Shown piece by piece: positions 46,482-55,534 of a DNA stretch of 64,000 bases. Each line of letters starts with the position of its first letter. Within the stretch, counting starts at the first letter, position 1. A program made the translations under genes and the position numbers. This DNA is from Flavobacteriaceae bacterium (GTDB lineage Bacteria; Bacteroidota; Bacteroidia; Flavobacteriales; Flavobacteriaceae), in assembly GCA_947448525.1 (NCBI GenBank), contig CANFNV010000010.1, forward strand, positions 14,157-78,156. Reading direction: 5' to 3'. The notes beneath the pieces were generated by a model. The model was not told the DNA's origin. It saw nothing but the letters and a program-made list of their open reading frames with translations, and did not search any database.

Positions 46482-47702
46482 TTACAAAATTTCTGCTACA
46501 ACAAAAGTACTTCCCCCTATATAAATTAGATCGTTTTTATTTGCATTTTTTAGAGCATCTTGATAAGCGGTTAAAACAGAATAATATACTTTCCCGTTAA
46601 GTTGAAAATCTTTTGCTTTTTGCATTAAAGTTTCTGCTTCTAAACCACGTGATACGTTTGGTTTACAGAAATAATATTTTGCACCTACAGGAAATAATGG
46701 TAAAATTTCATCTAAATTTTTGTCGTTTACTACTCCTAAAACAATATGCAATACTTGAAATTTTTCTTTTTGAACTTGATGTAAAACTATCTTTAGTCCA
46801 TCAGCATTGTGAGCCGTGTCGCAAATTGCTTTTGGGTTTTCATTTATTTGCTGCCAGCGGCCTTGTAACCCTGTATTTTTAACAACATTTGAAAAACCAT
46901 TTTTGATGTCTTGTTCTGATATTTTAAATTCCTTTTGATTTTGTAAAACAGCAACAGTTTGTTGCACCGTTTTTTTATTTGACAATTGATAATCCCCTAA
47001 TAAAACGGACGGAAAAGTTTTCTTAATTAAATCAGATGCAAAATAAATTTCTGAATTTGTGTCCGTAGCTTTTGCTGAAAAAACTTCTTTAGTTTCTGTT
47101 GTAAATTCTCCAATAACAACAGGTATATTTTGTTTTATAATCCCCGCTTTTTCGTGTGCAATACAGGATAAAGTGTTCCCTAAAAATTGGGTGTGATCCA
47201 ATCCAATATTTGTAATAATGGAAACCAATGGAGTTATAACATTGGTAGAATCCAATCTCCCACCCATGCCTACTTCTATAATATTTATATCTGTTTTTTC
47301 TTTTACAAAATATTCAAATGCCAATCCAACAGTCATTTCAAAAAAACTCAGTTCGTTTGATTCAAAGAATGATTTGTTCTTCGATACAAATTTGCAAACA
47401 AAATCTTCAGAAATTTCTAGTCCATTTACTTTAATGCGTTCTCTAAAATCCTTTAGATGAGGCGAAGTATACAAACCTACCTTATAACCTGCTTCTTGTA
47501 AAACAGAAGCTAATAGATGGGAGGTAGATCCTTTTCCGTTGGTACCAGCAACATGAATACATTTTATTTTATTTTCAGGATGATTCAAGTGTATCATTAA
47601 CAAAATGGTATTAGTCAAATCTTCTTTATAAGCCGAAGCGCCTTGAAGTTGATATACCGGAAGTTGATTAAACAACCATTCCTTAGTCTCTTTATAGTTC
47701 AT
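46482..47702 (-). CDS. folC: Bifunctional folylpolyglutamate synthase/dihydrofolate synthase
   Basis: HVAGTNGKGST, YTSPHL, EVGMGGRLDSTN, HEKAGI, GRWQ, DTAHN. Confidence 0.96.
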   Translation of the reverse strand: MNYKETKEWLFNQLPVYQLQGASAYKEDLTNTILLMIHLNHPENKIKCIHVAGTNGKGSTSHLLASVLQEAGYKVGLYTSPHLKDFRERIKVNGLEISEDFVCKFVSKNKSFFESNELSFFEMTVGLAFEYFVKEKTDINIIEVGMGGRLDSTNVITPLVSIITNIGLDHTQFLGNTLSCIAHEKAGIIKQNIPVVIGEFTTETKEVFSAKATDTNSEIYFASDLIKKTFPSVLLGDYQLSNKKTVQQTVAVLQNQKEFKISEQDIKNGFSNVVKNTGLQGRWQQINENPKAICDTAHNADGLKIVLHQVQKEKFQVLHIVLGVVNDKNLDEILPLFPVGAKYYFCKPNVSRGLEAETLMQKAKDFQLNGKVYYSVLTAYQDALKNANKNDLIYIGGSTFVVAEIL

Positions 47703-47706
47703 TTCT

Positions 47707-47742
47707 TTTTAAATAATAATTTCATTTTAAATAATAATTTCA
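47707..47742. repeat. Perfect 18-bp tandem duplication
   Basis: (TTTTAAATAATAATTTCA)x2 immediately upstream of the folC ATG. Confidence 0.85.
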
Positions 47743-47828
47743 CAATTTTGTAGTTTACTTTAATATAGAATTTATCTTTATTGCAAATTTGAGATTATTT
47801 TTAATACTAAATCAAAAATAAAATTTAT

Positions 47829-48539
47829 ATGACTAACTTTTTTCTTCAAATCCAAAATGATTCAATTGCAAAAGCCGCAGGCGCAGTAATTGAAGGTACG
47901 GCAAAAACTAATGAGATTTCGGTTTTAGGATTTATAATAAAAGGAGGTTTTTTCCTTATTCCTATTGCACTTTTGTTGTTTTACACATTTTATTTAATAA
48001 TTGAACGCTTCTTATACATTCATAAACGCGCGGTAATTGATCCAAATTTGATTCGCGATATTCGTGATAATTTGAATGCCGGAAATCTTGATGCCGCAGT
48101 TTCTATTGCAGAAAGAAACGGAACTGCTTCTGGATATGTTCTTCGTGAAGGAATTTTAACCATTGGAAGACCAATTTCTGAAATTGAATCTAATATGGAA
48201 CGTGCAGCTAATATTGAAATTGGTGAAATGGAACGAAAACTAGGACAATTAGGACTTATCGCTGGGATTGCGCCAACATTTGGATTTATTGGTACGATTT
48301 CAGGAGTTATCAAAATTTTTTATAGCATTTCTCAAACAGAAGATATTAGCATTGGAAATATCTCAGGGGGACTTTATGAAAAAATGATTAGTTCTGGTTC
48401 AGGACTTGTAGTGGGTATTATTGCTTATTCGGCCTATCACTTGTTTAACGGAAAAATAGATGGTTTTGCGTTAAGCATTCAAAAACAAGTGTTAGATTTT
48501 GTTAATATAATTCAACGTCCAAATGGTAAAACGAAATAA
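47829..48539 (+). CDS. exbB: MotA/TolQ/ExbB proton channel protein
   Basis: IAGIAPTFGFIGTISGVI, GGLYEKMISSGSGLVVGI. Confidence 0.92.
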   Translation: MTNFFLQIQNDSIAKAAGAVIEGTAKTNEISVLGFIIKGGFFLIPIALLLFYTFYLIIERFLYIHKRAVIDPNLIRDIRDNLNAGNLDAAVSIAERNGTASGYVLREGILTIGRPISEIESNMERAANIEIGEMERKLGQLGLIAGIAPTFGFIGTISGVIKIFYSISQTEDISIGNISGGLYEKMISSGSGLVVGIIAYSAYHLFNGKIDGFALSIQKQVLDFVNIIQRPNGKTK

Positions 48540-48918
48540 ACGATTTCATGCGGAAGTAGCTACTTCATCTCTGAGTGACATCATGTTTTTCTTGCTTTTG
48601 TTTTTCTTAATTATATCCACATTAGCCAATCCGAATGTGATTAAAATGACCTTGCCAAAATCTAAAACGAACGAAAAAACCAACAAACAACTCATTAGTT
48701 TATCGGTAACCGAAGAAAAGCGTTTTTATTTGGATAAAGAAGAAGTGGCTTTTGATCAATTAGAAACTACTTTATTATCAAAAATGGGCGATTCAAAAGA
48801 CCAAACTGTAGTGGTTCGAATTCCTTTCAATCTTCAAGTTCAAGATTTAGTAGATGTATTGCAAATTGGCGTTAAGAACAAATTAAAGTTTGTTATCGCT
48901 ACTAATAATTCCAAATAA
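48523..48918 (+). CDS. exbD: Biopolymer transport protein ExbD
   Basis: SSLSDIMFFLLLFFLI with the conserved TM Asp; overlaps exbB. Confidence 0.92.
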   Translation: MVKRNKRFHAEVATSSLSDIMFFLLLFFLIISTLANPNVIKMTLPKSKTNEKTNKQLISLSVTEEKRFYLDKEEVAFDQLETTLLSKMGDSKDQTVVVRIPFNLQVQDLVDVLQIGVKNKLKFVIATNNSK

Positions 48919-48940
48919 CTTGGAATTGATTTACTAATAT

Positions 48941-48974
48941 AAAAAATGCCCAAAATATTAATTTTTTGGGCTTT
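48941..48974. terminator. Bidirectional terminator between exbD and miaE
   Basis: GCCCAAAA...TTTTGGGC with flanking A and T runs. Confidence 0.7.
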
Positions 48975-48984
48975 ATTTATTTTG

Positions 48985-49566
48985 TTATCCGTGAATCGTT
49001 TCCGCTTTTCCATAGTTGCTTATCAATTCGCCTTCAAATTCAATCCATTCTTTCCAACGCTTGTCTACATCAACTTTTTCAGTATATTTTCGAGCAAATC
49101 CTAAAAAAGAAGTATAATGTCCTGCTTCACTAATCATCAATTCTCTATAAAATTTGGCTAGTTCTTTATCTTCAATATTTTGTGAAAGGACTTTAAAACG
49201 TTCACAACTTCTTGCTTCAATCATTGCCGAAAATAAAAGTCTATCTATAAAAGCATCATTGCGACTTCCATCTTTTTTCATGAATTTAAAAAGCTCATTT
49301 ACATAATGATCTTTTCGTTCTCTTCCCAAAGTTAATCCGCGCTCTTTGATAATGTTATGCACCATTTGAAAATGTTGTAATTCTTCTTGAGCAATTTCTA
49401 GCAACGAAGTAACCAAATCTTCATGTTCAGAGTTTTGAGTAATTAAAGTAATTACATTAGTTGCTGCTTTTTGTTCACACCAAGCATGATCGGTAAGAAT
49501 CTCTTCAATATTGGATTCAACTATAGTTACCCATCTTGGATCGGTTTTCAATTTTAGACCTAACAT
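48985..49566 (-). CDS. miaE: tRNA-(ms2io6A) hydroxylase, MiaE family
   Basis: DHAWCEQKAA, EELQHF, IEARSCERF, SEAGHY di-iron ligands. Confidence 0.9.
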   Translation of the reverse strand: MLGLKLKTDPRWVTIVESNIEEILTDHAWCEQKAATNVITLITQNSEHEDLVTSLLEIAQEELQHFQMVHNIIKERGLTLGRERKDHYVNELFKFMKKDGSRNDAFIDRLLFSAMIEARSCERFKVLSQNIEDKELAKFYRELMISEAGHYTSFLGFARKYTEKVDVDKRWKEWIEFEGELISNYGKAETIHG

Positions 49567-49627
49567 TTTTATACAATTTTAGAGTATTGCAAAATTATGT
49601 CTTTTCTTTGTATTTGTATTTGATATT

Positions 49628-50860
49628 ATGCTAAAATCTATAAGTTTATTAATCATTGGTTTTGTTTGGCCCGAACCAAAATCATCCGCTGCTGGAAATC
49701 GAATGATGCAGCTGATTGAATTGTTTCTGGTAGATGGTTACGAAATTACTTTTGCAAGTACGGCACTGAATTTAGAATTTTCGGAAGATTTATCAATTTT
49801 TGGAATTGAATGTAAATCAATCGAATTGAATTCTTCCACTTTTGATGAATTCCTAAAAAAATTAAGCCCAACGATTGTTTTATTTGATCGATTTATGGTG
49901 GAAGAACAATTTGGCTGGCGGGTTTCTGAAAATTGTCCAAATGCTTTAAAAATATTGGATACAGAAGATTTGCATTGTTTGCGTCAGGCAAGACAATTGG
50001 CAGTTAAAGAAAATCGAGAGTTTACATTTGATGATTTATTTACTGATGTTGCTAAAAGAGAAATTGCTAGTATTTTAAGATGTGATGTTTCATTAATGGT
50101 TTCTGAATTTGAAATTGAATTGCTTCAAAATCAATTTAAAATATCAAAAGAGTTACTTTATTATTTACCAATTTTTGCAAATAAACTAGATGATATTCCA
50201 TCATTTGATAAACGAAATGATTTTGTTTTTATTGGAAACTTTCTTCATGAGCCCAATTGGGATTGTGTACGCTATCTATCAGAAATTATTTGGCCAATTC
50301 TGCATATGAAATTACCTGAAACTAAAATGTTGATTTATGGTGCATATCCAGCTCAAAAAGTACTACAACTTCACAACGAAAAACAGAATTTTCATATCAT
50401 GGGACGAGCAGAAAATGCTTTTGATGTTGTAAAAAATGTAAAATTGGTCCTCGCTCCTATTCGTTTTGGGGCAGGAATTAAAGGAAAATTGATAGAGGCG
50501 ATGCAATGTGGCACTCCGAGTGTAACTACTCCTGTTGGTGCCGAAGCAATGTATGGAAATCTAAACTGGAATGGTTTTGTAAAAGACAATCCAAATGATT
50601 TTGTTGATGCAGCAGTTTTACTTTATCAGGAGGAAAAACTTTGGAATAAAAGTCAGAAAAATGGATTTGATATTTTAGAAAATCGATATAAAAAATCCTT
50701 ATTTGCAGAAGACTTTATTATTCATGTTGATTCGCTTTTGGACCATTTAGAGCGCCATAGAAACGCCAATTTTATGGGAGCAATTTTGCAACACCACTCT
50801 CATTCAAGCACAAAATATATGGGTAAATGGATAGAGGAAAAGAATAAGAAACCGAATTAA
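49628..50860 (+). CDS. Glycosyltransferase (GT4-like)
   Basis: WPEPKSSAAG, FIGNFLHEPN, APIRFGAGIKGKLIEAM. Confidence 0.85.
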   Translation: MLKSISLLIIGFVWPEPKSSAAGNRMMQLIELFLVDGYEITFASTALNLEFSEDLSIFGIECKSIELNSSTFDEFLKKLSPTIVLFDRFMVEEQFGWRVSENCPNALKILDTEDLHCLRQARQLAVKENREFTFDDLFTDVAKREIASILRCDVSLMVSEFEIELLQNQFKISKELLYYLPIFANKLDDIPSFDKRNDFVFIGNFLHEPNWDCVRYLSEIIWPILHMKLPETKMLIYGAYPAQKVLQLHNEKQNFHIMGRAENAFDVVKNVKLVLAPIRFGAGIKGKLIEAMQCGTPSVTTPVGAEAMYGNLNWNGFVKDNPNDFVDAAVLLYQEEKLWNKSQKNGFDILENRYKKSLFAEDFIIHVDSLLDHLERHRNANFMGAILQHHSHSSTKYMGKWIEEKNKKPN

Positions 50861-50867
50861 GTTCCAA

Positions 50868-50899
50868 TAAAAAATCCTGCTCATCGCTGAACAGGATTT
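50868..50899 (-). terminator. Intrinsic terminator after pdhC
   Basis: AAAAAATCCTG...CAGGATTT hairpin between convergent genes. Confidence 0.75.
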
Positions 50900-50917
50900 G
50901 GTTTAGAATTATCTTAA

Positions 50918-52540
50918 TTATGCCAGCATGGTTACTGGATTCTCAATAAACATTTTTAAAGTTTGTAAAAACTGTGCTCCAGTAGCACCATCAATGGTTC
51001 TGTGGTCACAAGCTAATGAAAGCATCATCGTATTTCCTACAACAATTTGACCATTTTTAACAACTGGTTTTTCAATGATTGCTCCAACAGATAATATAGC
51101 CGAATTGGGTTGGTTAATAATGGAATTAAATTCAACAATGCCAAACATTCCAAGATTAGAAACCGTAAAAGTACTTCCTTCCATTTCGGTTGGTAGTAAT
51201 TTTTTAGTTTTTGCTCTTCCTGCTAAATCTCTTACACTAGCACCTATTTGAGATAAGTTCATAGCGTCTGTAAAACGTAAAACCGGAACTACTAATCCGT
51301 CTTCTACAGCTACAGCTACTCCAATATTTACATGGTGATTGATGGTAGTAGCATCTTCTTTCCATTGTGAATTTATTTTTGGATGCTTTTTCAATGCCAT
51401 TGCACAGGCTTTGATTACCATATCGTTGAACGAAACTTTAGTATCTGGAACAGCGTTTATAATAGCTCTCGATCTCATAGCTTCATCCATGCTTACTTCA
51501 ATTGTTAAGTTGTAATGAGGAGCTGTAAAAAGTGATTCTGCCAAACGTTTCGCAATGATTTTACGCATTTGCGAATTTTTGATTTCTTCGGTAACTACTT
51601 CTCCAACTGGCATAAATGGTTTTGCTACCGTTTGAGTTTCTATTTGAGCAACAGCTTGCGGCGCTGCAACCGGAGTCGAAGAATTGAATTTTTCTATATC
51701 ACTTTTTACTATTCTTCCGTTTTCACCAGAACCTGTAACTTGAGATAGGTTAATTCCTTTGTCTTTAGCTATTTGTTTTGCTAATGGAGAGGCGAAGATT
51801 CGATCATTTGAATTGGAAGTTGGAATTTGATAGCTAGAGGTTGTAGCAACTGGAGCTTGAACTTTTTCTATATTTTCAGTAACTGCTACTTCTCCTTTAC
51901 CATAATTTTCTGCTATACCTGTAATGTCTGTTCCGGCAGGACCAATAATAGCTAAGACGCTATCTACTGGAGCCGATTCACCTTCGTTAATTCCAATAAA
52001 CAACAAAGTTCCTGAGTTGAACGATTCGAATTCCATCGTTGCTTTATCGGTTTCTATTTCGGCAAGGATATCACCTTCTTTTACCATATCACCCACTTTT
52101 TTCAACCAAGTTGCCACGGTTCCAGTAGTCATCGTGTCACTCAAACGAGGCATTGTGATTACTTTTACATTAGCAGGTAAGGTTGTAGGTTGTGGGTTAT
52201 GGGTTGTAGGAGTGGGAAATTTTTCTTCGGTTTTTGTTTCGGCTACATTACTAGCTCCCCCTACAAGGGTTGGAGGGTTTATAAGTGCTGAAATGTCTTC
52301 TCCTTCTTTTCCTATAATTGCAAGAAGTGAGTCAACAGGAGCCGATTCGCCTTCTGGAATACCGATGTGTAATAAAACCCCTGAATTGAAAGATTCAAAT
52401 TCCATTGTTGCTTTATCGGTTTCTATTTCGGCTAAAATGTCACCTTCTTTTATTGTATCACCTACTTTTTTAAGCCATGTTGCAACAGTTCCTTCTGTCA
52501 TAGTATCGCTCAAACGAGGCATGTTTATTACTGTTGCCAT
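50918..52540 (-). CDS. pdhC: Pyruvate dehydrogenase E2, dihydrolipoamide acetyltransferase (two lipoyl domains)
   Basis: Two copies of MPRLSDTMT..ETDKATME; E3-binding ASPLAKQIA; catalytic CDHRTIDGA. Confidence 0.97.
   Translation of the reverse strand: MATVINMPRLSDTMTEGTVATWLKKVGDTIKEGDILAEIETDKATMEFESFNSGVLLHIGIPEGESAPVDSLLAIIGKEGEDISALINPPTLVGGASNVAETKTEEKFPTPTTHNPQPTTLPANVKVITMPRLSDTMTTGTVATWLKKVGDMVKEGDILAEIETDKATMEFESFNSGTLLFIGINEGESAPVDSVLAIIGPAGTDITGIAENYGKGEVAVTENIEKVQAPVATTSSYQIPTSNSNDRIFASPLAKQIAKDKGINLSQVTGSGENGRIVKSDIEKFNSSTPVAAPQAVAQIETQTVAKPFMPVGEVVTEEIKNSQMRKIIAKRLAESLFTAPHYNLTIEVSMDEAMRSRAIINAVPDTKVSFNDMVIKACAMALKKHPKINSQWKEDATTINHHVNIGVAVAVEDGLVVPVLRFTDAMNLSQIGASVRDLAGRAKTKKLLPTEMEGSTFTVSNLGMFGIVEFNSIINQPNSAILSVGAIIEKPVVKNGQIVVGNTMMLSLACDHRTIDGATGAQFLQTLKMFIENPVTMLA
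52180..52277. repeat. In-frame heptamer array plus REP-like palindrome in the pdhC inter-lipoyl linker
   Basis: AGGTTGT AGGTTGT GGGTTAT GGGTTGT (52180-52207); GCTCCCCCTACAAGGGTTGGAGGG (52254-52277). Confidence 0.7.
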
Positions 52541-52542
52541 AA

Positions 52543-53541
52543 TTATAATCTATGAGAAATGAAAGGATAGTTTTCTTGTTCGTATACCACATCATACAAT
52601 TGTTGTGGTTCTGGAAAAGGAGATTCTTCGGCAAATTTTTCACATTCGTCAACCAAGTCTTTCACACGCTGGTCAATTGTTTCAATTTCTGCTTCGGTGG
52701 CGTATTTTTTTTCTTTTATAATATCTAAAACTTGAGTAATTGGATCTATTTTTCTGTATTCTTCCACTTCGTCTTTTGTACGATATAGTTGAGCATCAGA
52801 CATGGAATGACCTCTGTAACGGTATGTTTTCATTTCTAAAAATGTTGGTCCGTCACCACGACGTGCTCTGTCTATAGCTTCTTGCATTGCTTCAGCTACT
52901 TTCACAGGATTCATTCCGTCAACAGGACCACAAGGCATTTCATAACCTAAACCAAGTTTCCAAATATCGGTGTGGTTCGCTGTTCGTTCAACAGAAGTTC
53001 CCATAGCATAGCCATTGTTTTCACAAATGAATACTACTGGAAGTTTCCATAACATTGCCATATTGAAAGCTTCATGAAGCGAACCTTGACGTGCAGCACC
53101 ATCACCAAAATAGGTCATTGTAACTCCGCCTGTTTCAAAATATTTATCGGCAAAAGCCATTCCAGCACCAACAGGAATTTGAGCGCCCACGATTCCGTGA
53201 CCACCAAAAAAACCTTTTTCTTTAGAAAAAATATGCATAGAACCACCCATTCCTTTAGAAGTTCCGGTTACTTTTCCGAACAACTCGGCCATAACTCTTT
53301 TTGGATCAACACCCATTGCTATTGGCTGAACGTGATTACGATAAGCAGTAATCATTTTATCTTTTGACAAGTCCATTGCATGAATTGCACCTGCAAGAAC
53401 TGCTTCTTGACCGTTATATAAATGTAAAAATCCTCTAACTTTTTGTTGGATGTAAACAGCAGCTAATTTGTCTTCAAATTTTCTCCAAAACTGCATTTCT
53501 TCATACCATTGAAGATAGGTTTCTTTTGTAATTGGTTTCAT
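52543..53541 (-). CDS. pdhA: Pyruvate dehydrogenase E1 alpha subunit
   Basis: GFLHLYNGQEA, GGSMH, GDGA TPP motif, YRYRGHSMSD. Confidence 0.97.
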   Translation of the reverse strand: MKPITKETYLQWYEEMQFWRKFEDKLAAVYIQQKVRGFLHLYNGQEAVLAGAIHAMDLSKDKMITAYRNHVQPIAMGVDPKRVMAELFGKVTGTSKGMGGSMHIFSKEKGFFGGHGIVGAQIPVGAGMAFADKYFETGGVTMTYFGDGAARQGSLHEAFNMAMLWKLPVVFICENNGYAMGTSVERTANHTDIWKLGLGYEMPCGPVDGMNPVKVAEAMQEAIDRARRGDGPTFLEMKTYRYRGHSMSDAQLYRTKDEVEEYRKIDPITQVLDIIKEKKYATEAEIETIDQRVKDLVDECEKFAEESPFPEPQQLYDVVYEQENYPFISHRL

Positions 53542-53613
53542 TTTTTAATGAATTACTAGATTAATTTATTGTAATCGGTTCTCAAAACTGATTATTCTAT
53601 AATTTGAGAATTG

Positions 53614-53621
53614 CAAAAGTA
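53614..53621 (-). promoter_or_regulatory. -7 promoter element for pdhA-pdhC
   Basis: Minus strand TACTTTTG 73 nt upstream of the pdhA ATG. Confidence 0.55.
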
Positions 53622-53712
53622 AGATATTGATAGTAGATGTAAAAATAAATGATAATGAAAATGTAATTTTTTTAAACACTTTTTTCTTTAATATTAACTA
53701 TATCGTTATAGC

Positions 53713-54195
53713 TTACAAGGATGTTTTGTCAAAGGTAAGTGGTAATAAGTTATTTATTGAATTTGATTTGTAAACTTCCCCTGATGCACCCATGAAATAA
53801 ATTTCAATAGGCGTTTCTTGTTTGAATTCATATTCTGCTATAGATTGTCGGCATGCACCACAAGGCGGAATTGGCGACAATGTTGGATTAGTATCAGATG
53901 CTGCAGAGATTGCAAATTTTACAATTTTAGCACTCGGATATACGGCTCCTGCTTGAAATACAGCTACTCTTTCTGCACATAGGCCCGATGGATACGCTGC
54001 ATTTTCTTGATTAGAACCCAATACAATTTTACCATTATCTAATAAAATTGCTGCTCCGACTCTGAATCTCGAATAAGGCGCATAAGCATTTTTACGGATT
54101 TCAATTGCTTGATTCATTAAAGATTGAATTTCTGATGGCAAACTAGTAACCGAATCAAACACTTCAAATGTGGTGGTAATTTTAATTTCTTTCAT
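53713..54195 (-). CDS. cdd: Cytidine deaminase
   Basis: AYAPYSRFRVGAA, NQENAAYPSGLCAE, PCGACRQ. Confidence 0.95.
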   Translation of the reverse strand: MKEIKITTTFEVFDSVTSLPSEIQSLMNQAIEIRKNAYAPYSRFRVGAAILLDNGKIVLGSNQENAAYPSGLCAERVAVFQAGAVYPSAKIVKFAISAASDTNPTLSPIPPCGACRQSIAEYEFKQETPIEIYFMGASGEVYKSNSINNLLPLTFDKTSL

Positions 54196-54264
54196 TAGTT
54201 ATAGAGGAAAAAAAATCCAAATTTCGGTAAAGAAATTTGGATGTAATTAAATTTTAATATTTTA

Positions 54265-55497
54265 CTATAAATCATCGTATTTATCACCAAAATTAAAGGT
54301 CAGAGAAAAACGAAGCGTATTTTCTAAAGGGTTTTTAACTTTGGAAGCAGAGAACAAGTAAGACACGTCAACTTTAACTACATTGTACTTGAAACCAGCT
54401 CCTAGTGAGAAGAATTTTCTGGCTCCCTTCATTGGGCTTTCGTGGAAATAACCCATTCTAAAAGCAAAAGAATCTTGATAGGAATATTCTGAACCAACGG
54501 AATACGTAAACTCTTTTAGTTCTTCTGACAAACCACCTGGTGCATCGTTAAAAGATTTAAACATCCCTGAAACCCAATTGATTTTTTTATAATCCGAATA
54601 CGCTTGACTAAGGTCGTTGTTGTCAATTACTCCATCACCATTATAATCAGTCATGTGACTGGAATCTATTTGAGGAGTTGGTACCATTAATTTTGCAAAT
54701 TCCACATTTAGAGCCACTTTACTGTACTCATCAAGAATAAAGTCAAAACCTCCTCCAATGCGCATATTGGCAGGAAGATAATTAGAAGTAATATCGTTTT
54801 TGGTATTATCATAACTGATTTTCGGACCCATATTTTGGAAATTGAATCCCAAACGGTACCTTCCATTAAAGTCATTAAACGCTATTTCTTCCGATTGATA
54901 AAAACCAGCAACATCTACTGCAAAAGACTTTCCAGCTACTGCATCGGTATTAACATCAGCAATTTTTAAGTTGGATCTAATGTACCTTCCACCCACAGCC
55001 ATACTAAAATGATTACTTAATTTCAGGGAATAGGAGCCATCCAAAGCCAACTCGTTTGGCTTGACAACATTGGCTGGATCGTCAAAATTTTGTCTTAATT
55101 CTATTTCACCCAAACTGAAATAACGCAAACTGGTTGCAAAGGCACTTCGTTCTGAAAGTCGATTGTAGTAATTTACTTGACCTAATGAAATATCGTTTAC
55201 TAATTGAGTTAAGTATGGTGTATAACTGATTGAAAATCCTTGCTTATCAAGTGCAAAAGCATATTTTGCAGGGTTCCACTGTTGTGAATAGGCATCAGCA
55301 GAGGTAGCAACCCCTTGATCGGCCATACCCGCAGCACGAGCATCGGCCGCCACAAGTAAAAATGGAACACCTGTTGTTATTACTCTTTCTTGTGCATTAC
55401 TAGGTTGACTGTACAATACAACCATTAGTAAAACTAAAATCGTTTTACTTGAACAGTTAAGTTTATTTATGAGGAATTCGTGAAGTTTCAATTTCAT
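54265..55497 (-). CDS. porV: T9SS outer-membrane shuttle PorV
   Basis: VITTGVPFLLVAADARAAGMAD, SYTPYL, GYFHE..KGARKFF, LENTLRFSL; start likely ATG 55497 (ORF track extends to 55548). Confidence 0.95.
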   Translation of the reverse strand: MKLKLHEFLINKLNCSSKTILVLLMVVLYSQPSNAQERVITTGVPFLLVAADARAAGMADQGVATSADAYSQQWNPAKYAFALDKQGFSISYTPYLTQLVNDISLGQVNYYNRLSERSAFATSLRYFSLGEIELRQNFDDPANVVKPNELALDGSYSLKLSNHFSMAVGGRYIRSNLKIADVNTDAVAGKSFAVDVAGFYQSEEIAFNDFNGRYRLGFNFQNMGPKISYDNTKNDITSNYLPANMRIGGGFDFILDEYSKVALNVEFAKLMVPTPQIDSSHMTDYNGDGVIDNNDLSQAYSDYKKINWVSGMFKSFNDAPGGLSEELKEFTYSVGSEYSYQDSFAFRMGYFHESPMKGARKFFSLGAGFKYNVVKVDVSYLFSASKVKNPLENTLRFSLTFNFGDKYDDL

Positions 55498-55534
55498 TTT
55501 CAATTTATAAATATTTAACAAATATAGTATTTTC

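Noticed and set aside
52010-52530. DNA-level duplication within pdhC
   Set aside because: Explained by the two tandem lipoyl domains, normal for E2.
51924-52562. 212-aa + strand ORF and the other short ORFs overlapping confident genes (e.g. 7562-7888, 17565-18047, 26230-26607, 42686-43054, 59420-59824)
   Set aside because: Antisense or alternate-frame shadows of well-supported genes; no motifs or independent signals.
50918-53541. Missing pdhB (E1 beta) in the pdh operon
   Set aside because: A split pdh arrangement is, to my knowledge, usual in Flavobacteriaceae; no remnant is seen between the genes (2-nt gap).
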